Shown one piece after another: positions 7,788 to 17,052 of a DNA stretch of 20,544 nt (the first letter of the stretch is position 1; each line of letters starts with the position of its first letter). The notes beneath the pieces are model-generated. The model searched no databases. It was not told where the DNA came from and saw nothing but the letters and a program-made list of their open reading frames with translations. The DNA comes from Pseudomonadota bacterium (GTDB lineage: Bacteria; Bdellovibrionota; FAC87; UBA2466): positions 1 to 20,544 of the forward strand of contig JAYSWN010000176.1 in NCBI GenBank assembly GCA_043718025.1, written 5' to 3'. The translations under genes were made by a program, and so were the position numbers.

Positions 7788-7838
7788 GGCTCAAGTTCTC
7801 ACCAATTTCGGTGTAGAACTTGGGCCTTCTCATTTTTT
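7788..7838 (+). terminator. Rho-independent terminator
   Basis: Stem GGCTCAAGTTCT-CACC, loop AATTTC, GGTG-T-AGAACTTGGGCC (one G-U pair, one bulge), followed by TTCTCATTTTTT. Confidence 0.7.
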
Positions 7839-7849
7839 AGGGACGAAAC

Positions 7850-8287
7850 ATGATCATTGGGATTGCGCAGGTCGCGCTGCTGGTTCGCGAGTACGACGAG
7901 GCCATTGCCTTTTACAGCCGTAAGTTAGGTTTCACCGTGGTCGAAGACTCCTTGATGCCCCAGGGCAAACGCTGGGTGCGTCTGCAAGCACCGGGCAAAG
8001 CCGGATCGCAGATTCTGCTTTCGCGAGCGGATAATGAGGCGCAACGGGCCGCAATCGGTAATCAGAGCGCCGGCCGCGTACTATTTTTTATGCACACCGA
8101 TAACTTTACTCAAGACCACGAAAAGTTGCTTTCGCAGGGGGTTGAATTTACCGAACCACCGCGAACCACCGCCTACGGAAAAGTGGTCGTAATGAAAGAT
8201 TTATACGGAAACCGAATCGACCTTATTCAGCCAAATTCAAACTCAGTTTTAATGGGGCTTGAAGACGGGCGCGGTTTTTTGATCTAG
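7850..8287 (+). CDS. VOC family (glyoxalase/bleomycin resistance) protein
   Basis: Motifs V-x-x-YDEAIAFY-x3-LGF, KRWV, GNQ-x-AGRV-x-FF-x-HTDNF, GV-x-F-x3-PR-x3-YG-x-V and DLYGN-x2-DLIQ. SD AGGA lies upstream. Confidence 0.93.
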   Translation: MIIGIAQVALLVREYDEAIAFYSRKLGFTVVEDSLMPQGKRWVRLQAPGKAGSQILLSRADNEAQRAAIGNQSAGRVLFFMHTDNFTQDHEKLLSQGVEFTEPPRTTAYGKVVVMKDLYGNRIDLIQPNSNSVLMGLEDGRGFLI

Positions 8288-8296
8288 AGTTTCGCC

Positions 8297-9880
8297 ATGC
8301 GTGGAATATTTATTAAGGTTTCTCTGCTGCTGCTCTTGGCCAACGTGGCCATCGCGTTCGTCTGGCCCAAGGTTTTGTACTCTCTCATTATTATCGTGCC
8401 GCTCGTGCTTCAAGGGGCGATCGACATGACTCAGAAGAAGCACGCCATCCGGAGAAACTTTCCCTTACTGGGCCACTTTCGTTATTGGTTCGAAGCGCTG
8501 CGCCCCGAGATCAATCAATATTTCGTAGAATCAAATTTGGACGGAGTTCCCTTTAGTCGTGAGCAACGATCGGTGGTTTATCAACGCAGCAAGAAGGAAT
8601 TAGACACGTTACCCTTCGGCACCCAGAAGCAAGTTTATGCCGAGGGCTACGAATGGGCCACCCACTCTTTGGTGCCCCAGCACGTTGACCCCGGTTCTTT
8701 ACGCGTAAACTTTGGTGGGCCAGACTGCGCGCATCCCTACTCGGCAAGCGTGTTGAATATTTCGGCCATGAGCTACGGAGCGCTTAGCCAAAATGCCATT
8801 CTGGCGTTGAATCGCGGCGCCAAGCTCGGGAACTTTGCCCACAACACCGGCGAAGGGGGTTTGTCGCCTTATCACCTGCAGCCCGGCGGCGACCTCATTT
8901 GGCAAATTGGTACCGGCTATTTTGGCTGCCGAAGTAAAACCGGAGATTTTGACCCCATTCTTTTTTCTGAAAAAGCGCGGCTGCCGCAAGTGAAGATGAT
9001 CGAAATCAAACTCTCACAAGGCGCCAAGCCCAGCCACGGCGGCATTCTTCCGGCCGCCAAAGTGACCGAAGAGATTTCTAGAATTCGCAATGTGCCGATT
9101 GGCTTTGATGTTATCTCGCCTGCCGCGCACAACACCTTTTCTACGCCCATTGGCCTACTGGAATGGGTGGCAAAGTTACGTGAACTCTCCGGTGGAAAAC
9201 CGGTTGGTTTTAAGCTGTGCATTGGCAAACGGCGAGAATTTATGGCGGTAGTTAAGGCGATGTTGAAAACTGGCATTACTCCCGATTTTGTTACCGTAGA
9301 CGGCGGCGAGGGCGGCACCGGGGCGGCCCCCATCGAATTTTCGAACTCAATCGGTTTTCCTTTAAACGAAGCCTTAGCCTTTGTGCACAGTACGCTTTTG
9401 GGAGTAGACCTGCGCGACCGCATTCGAATTATCGCCAGCGGCAAAACCGTTACCGGGTTTGACATGATTTCGCGCTTTGCGCTTGGCGCCGACGCTTGCA
9501 ATTCGGCACGCGCCATGATGATGGCGCTGGGTTGCATTCAGGCGCTTCGCTGCAACACCAACAAATGCCCAACCGGCGTCTCTACCCAAGATCCTGATCT
9601 GGCAGCCGGATTGAACGTGGGCGACAAAACTACCCGAGTGGCCAACTTTCAACGCGAAACGGTGAAAAGTGCGGCCGAGCTAATCGGCGCCATGGGGTTG
9701 AAGCATACCGACGATCTGAAGCCGTGGCACATCTTTCGACGGGTCGGCATTGCCGAAATTCGCCACCTGGGCCAGATCTATCAATTTTTGGAAAAGGGCG
9801 ATTTACTGAAAGAGCCCTTGCCGTCAACTTTTGTGCGCGCGTTTGAAGGCGCCACCGCCGAAAGTTTTCTTCACGTATAA
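8297..9880 (+). CDS. FMN-binding glutamate synthase family protein (stand-alone FMN domain, YerD/GltB2-like) with N-terminal TM segments
   Basis: Motifs SAMSYGALS, HNTGEGG, EIKLSQGAKP-x-HGG-x-LP and VDGGEGGTGAAP. The [3Fe-4S] motif is CIQALRCNTNKCP. Confidence 0.93.
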   Translation: MRGIFIKVSLLLLLANVAIAFVWPKVLYSLIIIVPLVLQGAIDMTQKKHAIRRNFPLLGHFRYWFEALRPEINQYFVESNLDGVPFSREQRSVVYQRSKKELDTLPFGTQKQVYAEGYEWATHSLVPQHVDPGSLRVNFGGPDCAHPYSASVLNISAMSYGALSQNAILALNRGAKLGNFAHNTGEGGLSPYHLQPGGDLIWQIGTGYFGCRSKTGDFDPILFSEKARLPQVKMIEIKLSQGAKPSHGGILPAAKVTEEISRIRNVPIGFDVISPAAHNTFSTPIGLLEWVAKLRELSGGKPVGFKLCIGKRREFMAVVKAMLKTGITPDFVTVDGGEGGTGAAPIEFSNSIGFPLNEALAFVHSTLLGVDLRDRIRIIASGKTVTGFDMISRFALGADACNSARAMMMALGCIQALRCNTNKCPTGVSTQDPDLAAGLNVGDKTTRVANFQRETVKSAAELIGAMGLKHTDDLKPWHIFRRVGIAEIRHLGQIYQFLEKGDLLKEPLPSTFVRAFEGATAESFLHV

Positions 9881-9883
9881 TAT

Positions 9884-10486
9884 ATGATCAAACTCTACGA
9901 TTTTTTGCCGTCTGGAAACTGCTACAAAGTTCGCCTACTGCTAGCGCACCTGGGCCTAGAATACGATCGCGTCAACGTCGATCGGCTGGGAGGTGAAACC
10001 CGAACCGCCGCTTTTCTCGCAAAAAACCCCAACGGAAAAGTGCCTCTTTTAGAACTTGAGAACGGCGAACGGTTGCCCGAATCCAATGCCATTCTTTTCT
10101 ATTTGGCCGAGGGCACCAAGTACGTACCTGCTCAAGCGTTAGCAAAAGCCCGCACGCTGCAATGGCTTTTTTTCGAACAGCACAGCCACATGCCGCACGT
10201 GGCCCTGCCGCGATTTTGGATTCTATTTCTGAAAAAAGAAGAAGAGTTTAAAACCCAGATCGCCGAAAAACACGTATTGGGTTATCAAGCGCTCGACGTG
10301 ATGGAAGACCAGCTTAAGAAAACGCCGTTTCTCACCGGCCAAACCTACACCATTGCCGATATTTCATTATTCGCCTACACGCACGTGGCAGAGGTGGGGA
10401 AGTTCGATTTAAAGCGCTATCCAGCGATCTTAAAATGGCTTGCGTTGGTAAAGACTCAACCTGGATTTATCCCCTTAAAATATTAG
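9884..10486 (+). CDS. Glutathione S-transferase family protein
   Basis: Motifs SGNCYKVRL, NPNGKVP, ESNAIL-x-YLAEG and TIADISLFAYTH. Confidence 0.95.
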   Translation: MIKLYDFLPSGNCYKVRLLLAHLGLEYDRVNVDRLGGETRTAAFLAKNPNGKVPLLELENGERLPESNAILFYLAEGTKYVPAQALAKARTLQWLFFEQHSHMPHVALPRFWILFLKKEEEFKTQIAEKHVLGYQALDVMEDQLKKTPFLTGQTYTIADISLFAYTHVAEVGKFDLKRYPAILKWLALVKTQPGFIPLKY

Positions 10487-12690
10487 GGCACCGCAATTTC
10501 ACCGAACGCCTCGAGATAAAATTGGCAGGCGAAAGAATGACTAGGCGTAGTCTGGGCCACGGGAATGGCGGCCAACTCTCTTAATAGTCGAGCCTGCACT
10601 CCAGTTTCATCGGTGACTTTAATTCTAGAAACTAAGTGGCTGATTCGGCGTGCACGCGAGTAGTAAGTTCCATCTGAAGCTCTGCCTTCTCCCACCACCA
10701 CGCCAACGAGCAGGGGCCCCACGAAAACAGCCCCCCCTAAGATAGACTTAAACCCGTCTTCACTCGGATAGGAGACAAAGAACTCATCTGGGCTATCCGC
10801 CAAACCGCCCGCTTTCCAAGGTGTACTTTGCCCTAACCGCGCTTCAACACCTGCCACGGCCCTCGGCGAGAGCCGATTGCGAATATCAACCGCGCCGGTG
10901 GTAAACGAAAGTTGAGCCAGCATGGCGTCTGCTTCCGGTTGGGAAAGCACGCGGCCAAGCCTCACGACCGGATGTTTTGCATCGTGAATAGGCACGCCCA
11001 CCAGCAACGCCACACTGCCGTCGACGGCATCACCGAACTCACTAAGGGGGCGAAAGCGGGCATAACTCATCTTCATTAAATGCTCTAAAGCCGCATTGTC
11101 ACCGAGCTGACGCGGCGTCATCGTAGTCACCATCGAAAGTTTGAAACCAAACGGCGTTTCAAAAAAGGGAATCGCGCCAAGAGGGGCGGGACGTCGGCCG
11201 CCACCGAAAACTGGCGTTACATAACCGGTCTGGTTGGGCAGATGGAAGGAGTCCCTTTGCTTTTCGACGCCGTTTTCATTCCAGTGGAAAGTGGTTCGGT
11301 TTGCCGGAAAAGCGGACATTTTTTCGATTCCCACTTGGGAGGGAGAAAGCACAATGCCCTCGCCATTTTCGTTTTGGGCGATAAGCACACCAACGTCCAT
11401 TCGCGAGCCCGCGTTAAACTCTACCAATGTGGAACGAATTCTCGCCACGGCGCCAGAAACCGGAGGCAAAGCGGCCAGCCGTGTCTCCCGCGCGGCGCGA
11501 ATCTTTTGTTCTAGCACCCGCGGCCAAACCAATTCCTGAGCTTCCTCAAATTCGATGACGTGGCTTAAGATGGCGCCAAATTCTTCGGCGTCGTCGTCCA
11601 ACAGGTACTCATAAACTTTACCCATATCCGCCATGAATCGATCACGAGGCTTCTTCTTGGCCAACACCTGACTCGCGTAGCGCGAGATGGCTTGCATTCT
11701 TAATTTGGGGCCGATACCGCGGGTCGCCAGCACCATTAGTTTTTCGCTAGAAATATATTCCCAAGCCAATTCGTCTTGAAGGACATGCTCAAGGATTTGC
11801 GCCATTCTGTCGGGCACCCGATTGGCGTAGTACAAAAAATCCGCCTGCGAAAGGGCATGGAGAAAAGTTAACTCCAGGGCATTCTGTACGTGCAGTTTAC
11901 GCAGGTGATTGATCGCATCGACCCTGCGAATCAGCGGAATAAAGTGCGTGTTATCGGCGATTTCTTTGAGTTGAGGTTTGGTGATTTTTCCGTAGGTGTG
12001 AGCTAAGGCCGCTCTCCAGAACTCGGTATCGCGTTTAAGGGTTTCGGCCGTTACCCGACTGCTTAAAAAACCGCGTTTTTCTAACTCAACCCAAGCCTCT
12101 TTCCCACTGAGACGGAGGCGTTGGGGCGTGATACCGGGAAACCGAGACGCGTGTTCACCTTTCCACGGCTGAGCCACAATCTGATCTAGCCAGCTCCGCC
12201 CGTCGTCAATTGCGGGAAGTGAGGGTTCAAACCCCGCGGCCAAAAGCACCGTGTCTCCTGCCGCGGCTCCGATATGGCGAGAGGCAATATTAAAAAGCAG
12301 CAGGGAAACTCTACCGTCTTGCTCAACGAGCAGCGGCAAAGATTCGGCACCGTCATCAACGGGGATTGGTTTCGTATTTTCGGTAAGGTCGATAAAATCG
12401 CCTTGAGTGATGGCCGAGGGCGGAGCCGCGAGAATCTTGTATTTGCCCGCCAGGCCGTAACGAACTGAGGCATCAATCCGCTCTGCAAAACTGTAGTTAC
12501 CGTCCACCGGCACTCGCTCAGAATAAAACGCTTCCAGTTTTAGGGTAAAGAGGCCGGGCCTGCCCTGCACCGGAGTAAGGACCACTAAGCTACCATCGGG
12601 GACCGCAAACTTGATCGGGCCGGCCGCCATAACCAATTGAGATGACAAAGAAATAATAAATAAGATTAGTGGCCGAGCCAAACTTTTCAC
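10483..12690 (-). CDS. Large secreted hypothetical protein with a degenerate trypsin-like C-terminal domain
   Basis: Signal peptide MKSLARPLILFIISLSSQLVMA-A. Segments VGVLI...GIVLSPSQV, V-x-LLVGVP and ILGGAVF-x-G-x-LLVGVV resemble S1 protease motifs without the catalytic His and Ser. The stop overlaps the GST stop convergently. Confidence 0.65.
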   Translation of the reverse strand: MKSLARPLILFIISLSSQLVMAAGPIKFAVPDGSLVVLTPVQGRPGLFTLKLEAFYSERVPVDGNYSFAERIDASVRYGLAGKYKILAAPPSAITQGDFIDLTENTKPIPVDDGAESLPLLVEQDGRVSLLLFNIASRHIGAAAGDTVLLAAGFEPSLPAIDDGRSWLDQIVAQPWKGEHASRFPGITPQRLRLSGKEAWVELEKRGFLSSRVTAETLKRDTEFWRAALAHTYGKITKPQLKEIADNTHFIPLIRRVDAINHLRKLHVQNALELTFLHALSQADFLYYANRVPDRMAQILEHVLQDELAWEYISSEKLMVLATRGIGPKLRMQAISRYASQVLAKKKPRDRFMADMGKVYEYLLDDDAEEFGAILSHVIEFEEAQELVWPRVLEQKIRAARETRLAALPPVSGAVARIRSTLVEFNAGSRMDVGVLIAQNENGEGIVLSPSQVGIEKMSAFPANRTTFHWNENGVEKQRDSFHLPNQTGYVTPVFGGGRRPAPLGAIPFFETPFGFKLSMVTTMTPRQLGDNAALEHLMKMSYARFRPLSEFGDAVDGSVALLVGVPIHDAKHPVVRLGRVLSQPEADAMLAQLSFTTGAVDIRNRLSPRAVAGVEARLGQSTPWKAGGLADSPDEFFVSYPSEDGFKSILGGAVFVGPLLVGVVVGEGRASDGTYYSRARRISHLVSRIKVTDETGVQARLLRELAAIPVAQTTPSHSFACQFYLEAFGEIAVP

Positions 12691-12743
12691 GGGGGATGCC
12701 TCAGTGCGTTAGGTAACCTATTGACCAAGGCGAATCAAATAGT

Positions 12744-14792
12744 TTAGCGAATCCCGCGCCAGCCTTCCCACAGCATCACCATGGCCAGGGTGTCGAGCTC
12801 GCAATAGCGGAGCAAGGCCCGGGTGACGGCGGCGCGTTCTGCTTCGGTCATCTGGGTGAATTGCATTTTGGCGTAGGCGGTCATGGCCGCGCCGCCATCG
12901 GCGAGATCGTTCTCGGCAAATAGCCGATCTAGGTCGTCACGCTTAAAGTTATCGAACACCTTAGGCAACATTTTGTAGGGGTCACAAAGTTTACCGTCTT
13001 CGGTTTTTACCCAAGTAGTTTCCGCGAGGTTAAGGCTGGGAATCTCGCCCTTTCCCCCGTAAATAGGCTTTGAGTATTTCTCCCGTAGAGCCTTCGAGTA
13101 CTCCAACACTGCGGGAAGCACCACTTTGATCGAATTAGAGCCGCGCATGCGGGGGTGCCAGAAAAAGCGGATGACCAAATCAAATAGGTCGACCATCGGA
13201 CGAATCGGTTCCCACCGCTCCTCAGATTTGCCGGTCGCCGTGGCGATGGTCTGAATCCACGAGATCAATGCCTCTTTATCGGGCACCTCGGTGAGTTGAG
13301 CCAGACGCAACTGACTTCGAATCTGATTGAGCACGGTGTTTTCGTGATTGTGGTAGCGAAAGATGGTGCCGCGATCGGTCTCGAGCTCCGCTTTGAGTCG
13401 CCGCACGAAATCAAAATTGGGAAACTTTCCCGGCGTGGGGTTGATCCACTGCCCCTTGTGCTCCACCCTACCGTCTTCGTGAAGCATATGGTGAGAGAAC
13501 TGAAAAGCAACTTGGCCGTAAGGTGCCATGCCCTTATTAAAGGGGATCGCCGCCGTTGCCGTTTCAAAGTCGATGAAATGGAGGGGGTATTCCACCTTTG
13601 CCGTGGCGGCCAAAAAACCCTCGCGATCAAAGTACGGCTCGCCTTTTTCAGTAACGGTTTGCTGCCATTGGTAAATTTTTCGCGCGGCCTCGGTTAACCC
13701 AAGTTTGCCTTCTGATTTTGAATTGGTTTTGAAATCGTCTTCGCTTAGCTGGTCAATAAAGTAGACTTGTTTCTCAAAGAATTTACCGGCGCCGACTTTC
13801 CAGATGTCAAACAGGGGAAGGCGTTTTTCGAAAGTACCGGGCTTCAGACTAAGCGCTTTGGTCCAGCACTCCTCAAAGCCACTCTGCTTGCCGGGAAAAT
13901 CTTCGCTCTTTGTACGAAACTGACAGTCTTTGCACGCGTTTGAAATTTGGGGGGGCAGCTGCGTATCCGCGCGATAGCCGTCGGCTAAGTACGAAATCCA
14001 TTCGGCGAAAGAAAATTTTTGCGGCCAGTCGGGTGCCTCAAAACCATTTGCCCGCCCGCTCTGGATGGCGGCCACCTCTTTGCTCACCAGAACCGCAATA
14101 AGTATAGACTCACCCAGCTCTTTTTTGGTGAGACCGGCCTCGTACTGTACCCGGCCGCCACTCTCATCCGCGGTAAGAAGAAACCTTTGGTTAAGGCCAT
14201 CTACCGTAGCCACCGCCATTTTATTGGCGAGGTAAAGGTAAGGCTCCACTTTAAAGGCGGGATAGGCGTGCTGTGCCACGTGGTGCTGAAAAGCCACGTC
14301 GTACAGGTACTCTTTCCAGTCGTTGTTGAGATGATCGAGTCTGCTTTTGGGCTTCTGCCAAAAGTGGTCTTCGTCAGGGTGGTAACTTCCGGCCTTCACT
14401 TCGTAGAGAAAAAGCGTGTTGCCAACTTTCTTCACAATGTCGGCGCGAATAAATAAGTTTTCGAAGCAAAAAGCCGCTTCGAATATAACCACGTCTTCGA
14501 GTTTTAGCAGTTCGCTCGTCTGCTGCAGCGCCGCCTCTTTATGCAAAGTGGGGATGTCGTGCCCTTGCGGAAAATAGGTTTTGGCCAACGCACCCACTTG
14601 AAACCCGCCGTCAGCGAGGTTTTTTAAAAAGGGGTTGTCGTGCTTAGCGTTGCCATACTGCCCGGGTCGGTCTTGATAATAGAGCTTGGTCGGGCATTCG
14701 AGCGCCAACTTAAAGCGCGACTTGGTGAGCGCGCGCGAAAGATCGCGGTGACCATGAGTTGTGGCTGAATTTTTGGGAGGCATCAAAAGCAC
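12744..14792 (-). CDS. DUF2779 domain protein (PD-(D/E)xK/Cas4-like nuclease plus RNase H-like exonuclease)
   Basis: N-terminal LTKSRFKLALECPTKLYY, RADIV...LYEVKA, DVAFQ and C-x2-C-x-F...C motifs. C-terminal FIDFET, PY-x-QVAFQFS-x-H, GSNSIK-x-VLPA and YCELDTLAM motifs. The start could be GTG 14792 or ATG 14783. Confidence 0.85.
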   Translation of the reverse strand: MLLMPPKNSATTHGHRDLSRALTKSRFKLALECPTKLYYQDRPGQYGNAKHDNPFLKNLADGGFQVGALAKTYFPQGHDIPTLHKEAALQQTSELLKLEDVVIFEAAFCFENLFIRADIVKKVGNTLFLYEVKAGSYHPDEDHFWQKPKSRLDHLNNDWKEYLYDVAFQHHVAQHAYPAFKVEPYLYLANKMAVATVDGLNQRFLLTADESGGRVQYEAGLTKKELGESILIAVLVSKEVAAIQSGRANGFEAPDWPQKFSFAEWISYLADGYRADTQLPPQISNACKDCQFRTKSEDFPGKQSGFEECWTKALSLKPGTFEKRLPLFDIWKVGAGKFFEKQVYFIDQLSEDDFKTNSKSEGKLGLTEAARKIYQWQQTVTEKGEPYFDREGFLAATAKVEYPLHFIDFETATAAIPFNKGMAPYGQVAFQFSHHMLHEDGRVEHKGQWINPTPGKFPNFDFVRRLKAELETDRGTIFRYHNHENTVLNQIRSQLRLAQLTEVPDKEALISWIQTIATATGKSEERWEPIRPMVDLFDLVIRFFWHPRMRGSNSIKVVLPAVLEYSKALREKYSKPIYGGKGEIPSLNLAETTWVKTEDGKLCDPYKMLPKVFDNFKRDDLDRLFAENDLADGGAAMTAYAKMQFTQMTEAERAAVTRALLRYCELDTLAMVMLWEGWRGIR

Positions 14793-14819
14793 CTAGAAGA
14801 CCGGAAAGGCTCTAGGTAC

Positions 14820-14827
14820 TTATCGGC
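14820..14827 (-). promoter_or_regulatory. sigma28-like -10 box (GCCGATAA) upstream of the DUF2779 gene
   Basis: Perfect GCCGATAA about 27 nt before the start codon. The nearest TAAG is 17 nt upstream, against a consensus spacing of 15. Confidence 0.35.
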
Positions 14828-14867
14828 ATTTAGGCGCCAGCGCCCTTAACTCGGCGTGCCAGCCTTT

Positions 14868-16010
14868 TTATTGTAGATAATTAGAAACCGCGTCACCATT
14901 TAAGTGCTCAACCGAAGCGGCAGAGTCTTTTTTCATCGTGACGAAGAGGTTGATCTGTTTTGGTTCAGATTCCACTTCAAGATTGGGAGTGATCTCGCTA
15001 AACAAGGAGACCAGCTCTTCTTTGGTTCGGTAAATGAGGAACCAGTCGGAAACTAGCTCGATTTGCATGCGTGAAAAGGGCAACGATTTAAAGTTGCCAA
15101 TAAATAGCTCTCCGCCGATTTTCAACTTCTGAAAGAGACGTTTCGCCGTTAGCTTGGCAATAGAATCGGAGAAGTAGTCGAACAAACCGGCAGAATAGAT
15201 AAAATCGAATTTTTCCGGAGTGCGTTGTCGAACGTAGTTGATAACGTTGGTCGGCAGCCCTTCCACCACCACGGTTACTCCAGCGCGGGAAGCGGCCGCT
15301 TCGATATGGGCCGTCGCGTAGGCGAGGGCCTCTTCATCTTGATCGAGCAGAACAAATTTCACTCGCGAAAAGTCTAACCCTGGCTCTGCAATCACATCGC
15401 AAATCTCTTTAGCTGGACCACAGGCCACCGAGAGAACATTCAAGGTCTCCCCTTGTTTTAGGGTACGGATTTTAGAAACCATTTTGTCTTTAAGGAGCAC
15501 TGCGCGGTTTCTCACCGCTACACTGAACGGTAAATTTACGGTGTAATAATTCAGGCAACGCCTAAACAACGTGTCTCCCTCCGGCTGATTTCGGTAAATG
15601 TGATTCATCATTTCATAATCGCCGGCGTATCCACGGGGCTTGAAATAAGTCCGACGGCCAAAAGGGCACTCGTGAAAATAAAATCCTACATGTTTGGTGA
15701 AATACTCAATAGCCTCGTTCTTATCCTCGTTAGAAACCCTCGCAAAAAGGGTTTCTGAATCGGTAAATCGTGGCGTTAAAAACTGAGAAAGGCGGTCGTT
15801 GACCATATTCACGATGTGAGCTTCGAATTGAATGCGTTCTTTTTCGCTGCCCAAAAAATTCAACTCTAATGAGTCTACCCCGCGACGAATATTTTCAAGC
15901 CCTTCCGCGGTTTCTTTCATTGCCTCCACAAATTTTTGCAGGCCAGTAGGTTCCTGTCTTGGGGGTAAACGACGGATAGAGTTTTGGTTGAAGGAAGTAG
16001 CTATTTGCAC
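14868..16010 (-). CDS. Class I SAM-dependent methyltransferase, PhcB-like (3-hydroxy fatty acid methyl ester synthase family)
   Basis: Signature KPRGYAGDYEMMN-x-IY and AVRNR, SAM motif I VLSVACGPA-x-E, LLDQDEEAL, FDFIYSAGLFDY, IGNF and W-x-LIYRT. The start overlaps the desaturase stop. Confidence 0.8.
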   Translation of the reverse strand: MQIATSFNQNSIRRLPPRQEPTGLQKFVEAMKETAEGLENIRRGVDSLELNFLGSEKERIQFEAHIVNMVNDRLSQFLTPRFTDSETLFARVSNEDKNEAIEYFTKHVGFYFHECPFGRRTYFKPRGYAGDYEMMNHIYRNQPEGDTLFRRCLNYYTVNLPFSVAVRNRAVLLKDKMVSKIRTLKQGETLNVLSVACGPAKEICDVIAEPGLDFSRVKFVLLDQDEEALAYATAHIEAAASRAGVTVVVEGLPTNVINYVRQRTPEKFDFIYSAGLFDYFSDSIAKLTAKRLFQKLKIGGELFIGNFKSLPFSRMQIELVSDWFLIYRTKEELVSLFSEITPNLEVESEPKQINLFVTMKKDSAASVEHLNGDAVSNYLQ

Positions 16011-16888
16011 AGGATTTTGCTCTCCATTTTTTTAGAAGTGAGGCCCACTTCAAAAAGGTTCGACATCGGCAACACCTCTCGATTGGACAGGGGCATCGCG
16101 CGAAGACGCGGCAGATGATAATAGGGAACCTGCGCCCAACGATGGTGTTCGTAATGATGATCGGTGTGGTGAGGGCAAAAAAGCAAACGGGCGATGGGGT
16201 TGGCGAAAAAACGATGGGTGTTTTCCGATCCATCGGAATCAACTCCCACATGCTCGGTCCACGTACGCAGACGAAACACGGTCCAAAAACCGGTTACCAA
16301 AGACCAGCTCCACAGCGCGGCAATCCACAAGGTTCCCGTAGCGTAGGTAATAGCAAGAAAAGCCGACCACAGGAGAATTGGGCCTAAGAAACGAAGCGGT
16401 TTTTTGTAAGGAAAAATTGCTTTCATGAAGGCGAAGAGTTCTAAAGCGCCCAATCCGCACATGTCGTAAAGCGCGTAGCCGACAATTTTGAGCCAAGAAA
16501 CTTTGCCTTCGTAGGCGCCCAGGCCGCGGTAGCTCAATTCAGGATCGAACGGGGTGCCCAAATATTTATGGTGAGCAAAATGCCAAGGCCGGTACCCCTC
16601 TTTAATATCCAAGAGAAAGGGCCAAGCGATAAACAGATCGCCGAAAAAATCGTTTACCGCGCGGTTTTTAAAAGCCAGGCGATGAGTGGCGTCGTGGGCC
16701 AGCAAACCTAAGGCATGCTGACGAGAGCCAATCAATAGAGCAAAAATGGGCACCAGGTAAATGGAGTCGAAATAGGCATAGGCCGCGAACAAGGCGACGA
16801 TGCTGGCCCAATCAATAATCAAATCCCGCAGCCAGATGTCTGACCGAATCTGGTAAAGGGCGTTATCCATTTTAAAAGTGGAGTGCAT
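16001..16888 (-). CDS. Membrane fatty acid desaturase family protein (desaturase or hydroxylase)
   Basis: Three His boxes HDATH, HFAHH and HYEHH, plus RTWTEH and VPYY-x-LP, with several TM segments. Confidence 0.92.
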   Translation of the reverse strand: MHSTFKMDNALYQIRSDIWLRDLIIDWASIVALFAAYAYFDSIYLVPIFALLIGSRQHALGLLAHDATHRLAFKNRAVNDFFGDLFIAWPFLLDIKEGYRPWHFAHHKYLGTPFDPELSYRGLGAYEGKVSWLKIVGYALYDMCGLGALELFAFMKAIFPYKKPLRFLGPILLWSAFLAITYATGTLWIAALWSWSLVTGFWTVFRLRTWTEHVGVDSDGSENTHRFFANPIARLLFCPHHTDHHYEHHRWAQVPYYHLPRLRAMPLSNREVLPMSNLFEVGLTSKKMESKILCK

Positions 16889-16934
16889 GGTGTTTCCGAG
16901 ACCGGTCTTTTACCATTTTCGCCTGACTCAGTGC

Positions 16935-16963
16935 ATTATTATTTTTTGGAACGAGCGGCTCAA
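16935..16963 (-). promoter_or_regulatory. sigma70-like promoter candidate for the desaturase-methyltransferase pair
   Basis: Minus strand TTGAGC-N17-AATAAT, about 46 nt upstream of ATG 16888. Confidence 0.4.
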
Positions 16964-16992
16964 GTCGAGGTAAGTGAATGAAACTAGGCGGG

Positions 16993-17016
16993 TTTAGAAT
17001 TGTTATAAATTCTAAA
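16993..17016. promoter_or_regulatory. Perfect inverted repeat, operator-like, in the divergent intergenic region
   Basis: TTTAGAATT-GTTATA-AATTCTAAA (9-bp arms, 6-bp spacer) between the desaturase and cyclase genes. Confidence 0.6.
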
Positions 17017-17044
17017 GAGAAGTGAGGAATGGTTCACCGTTTCT

Positions 17045-17052
17045 GCCGATAA
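17045..17052 (+). promoter_or_regulatory. sigma28-like -10 box (GCCGATAA) before the cyclase gene
   Basis: Perfect GCCGATAA 6 nt before GTG 17059. No TAAA at consensus spacing. Confidence 0.3.

Noticed and set aside
8917..9537. 206-aa antisense ORF and the other 60-150 aa nested ORFs in the track
   Set aside because: These are shadow frames of well-supported genes and carry no recognisable motifs.
12744..14792. Cas4-like motifs as evidence of a CRISPR-Cas locus
   Set aside because: No repeat-spacer array or other cas genes are in the window, and the architecture fits stand-alone DUF2779.
17021..17038. CRP-like site AGTGA...TCACC upstream of the cyclase
   Set aside because: The half-site spacer is 8 nt rather than the 6 nt of canonical TGTGA-N6-TCACA.
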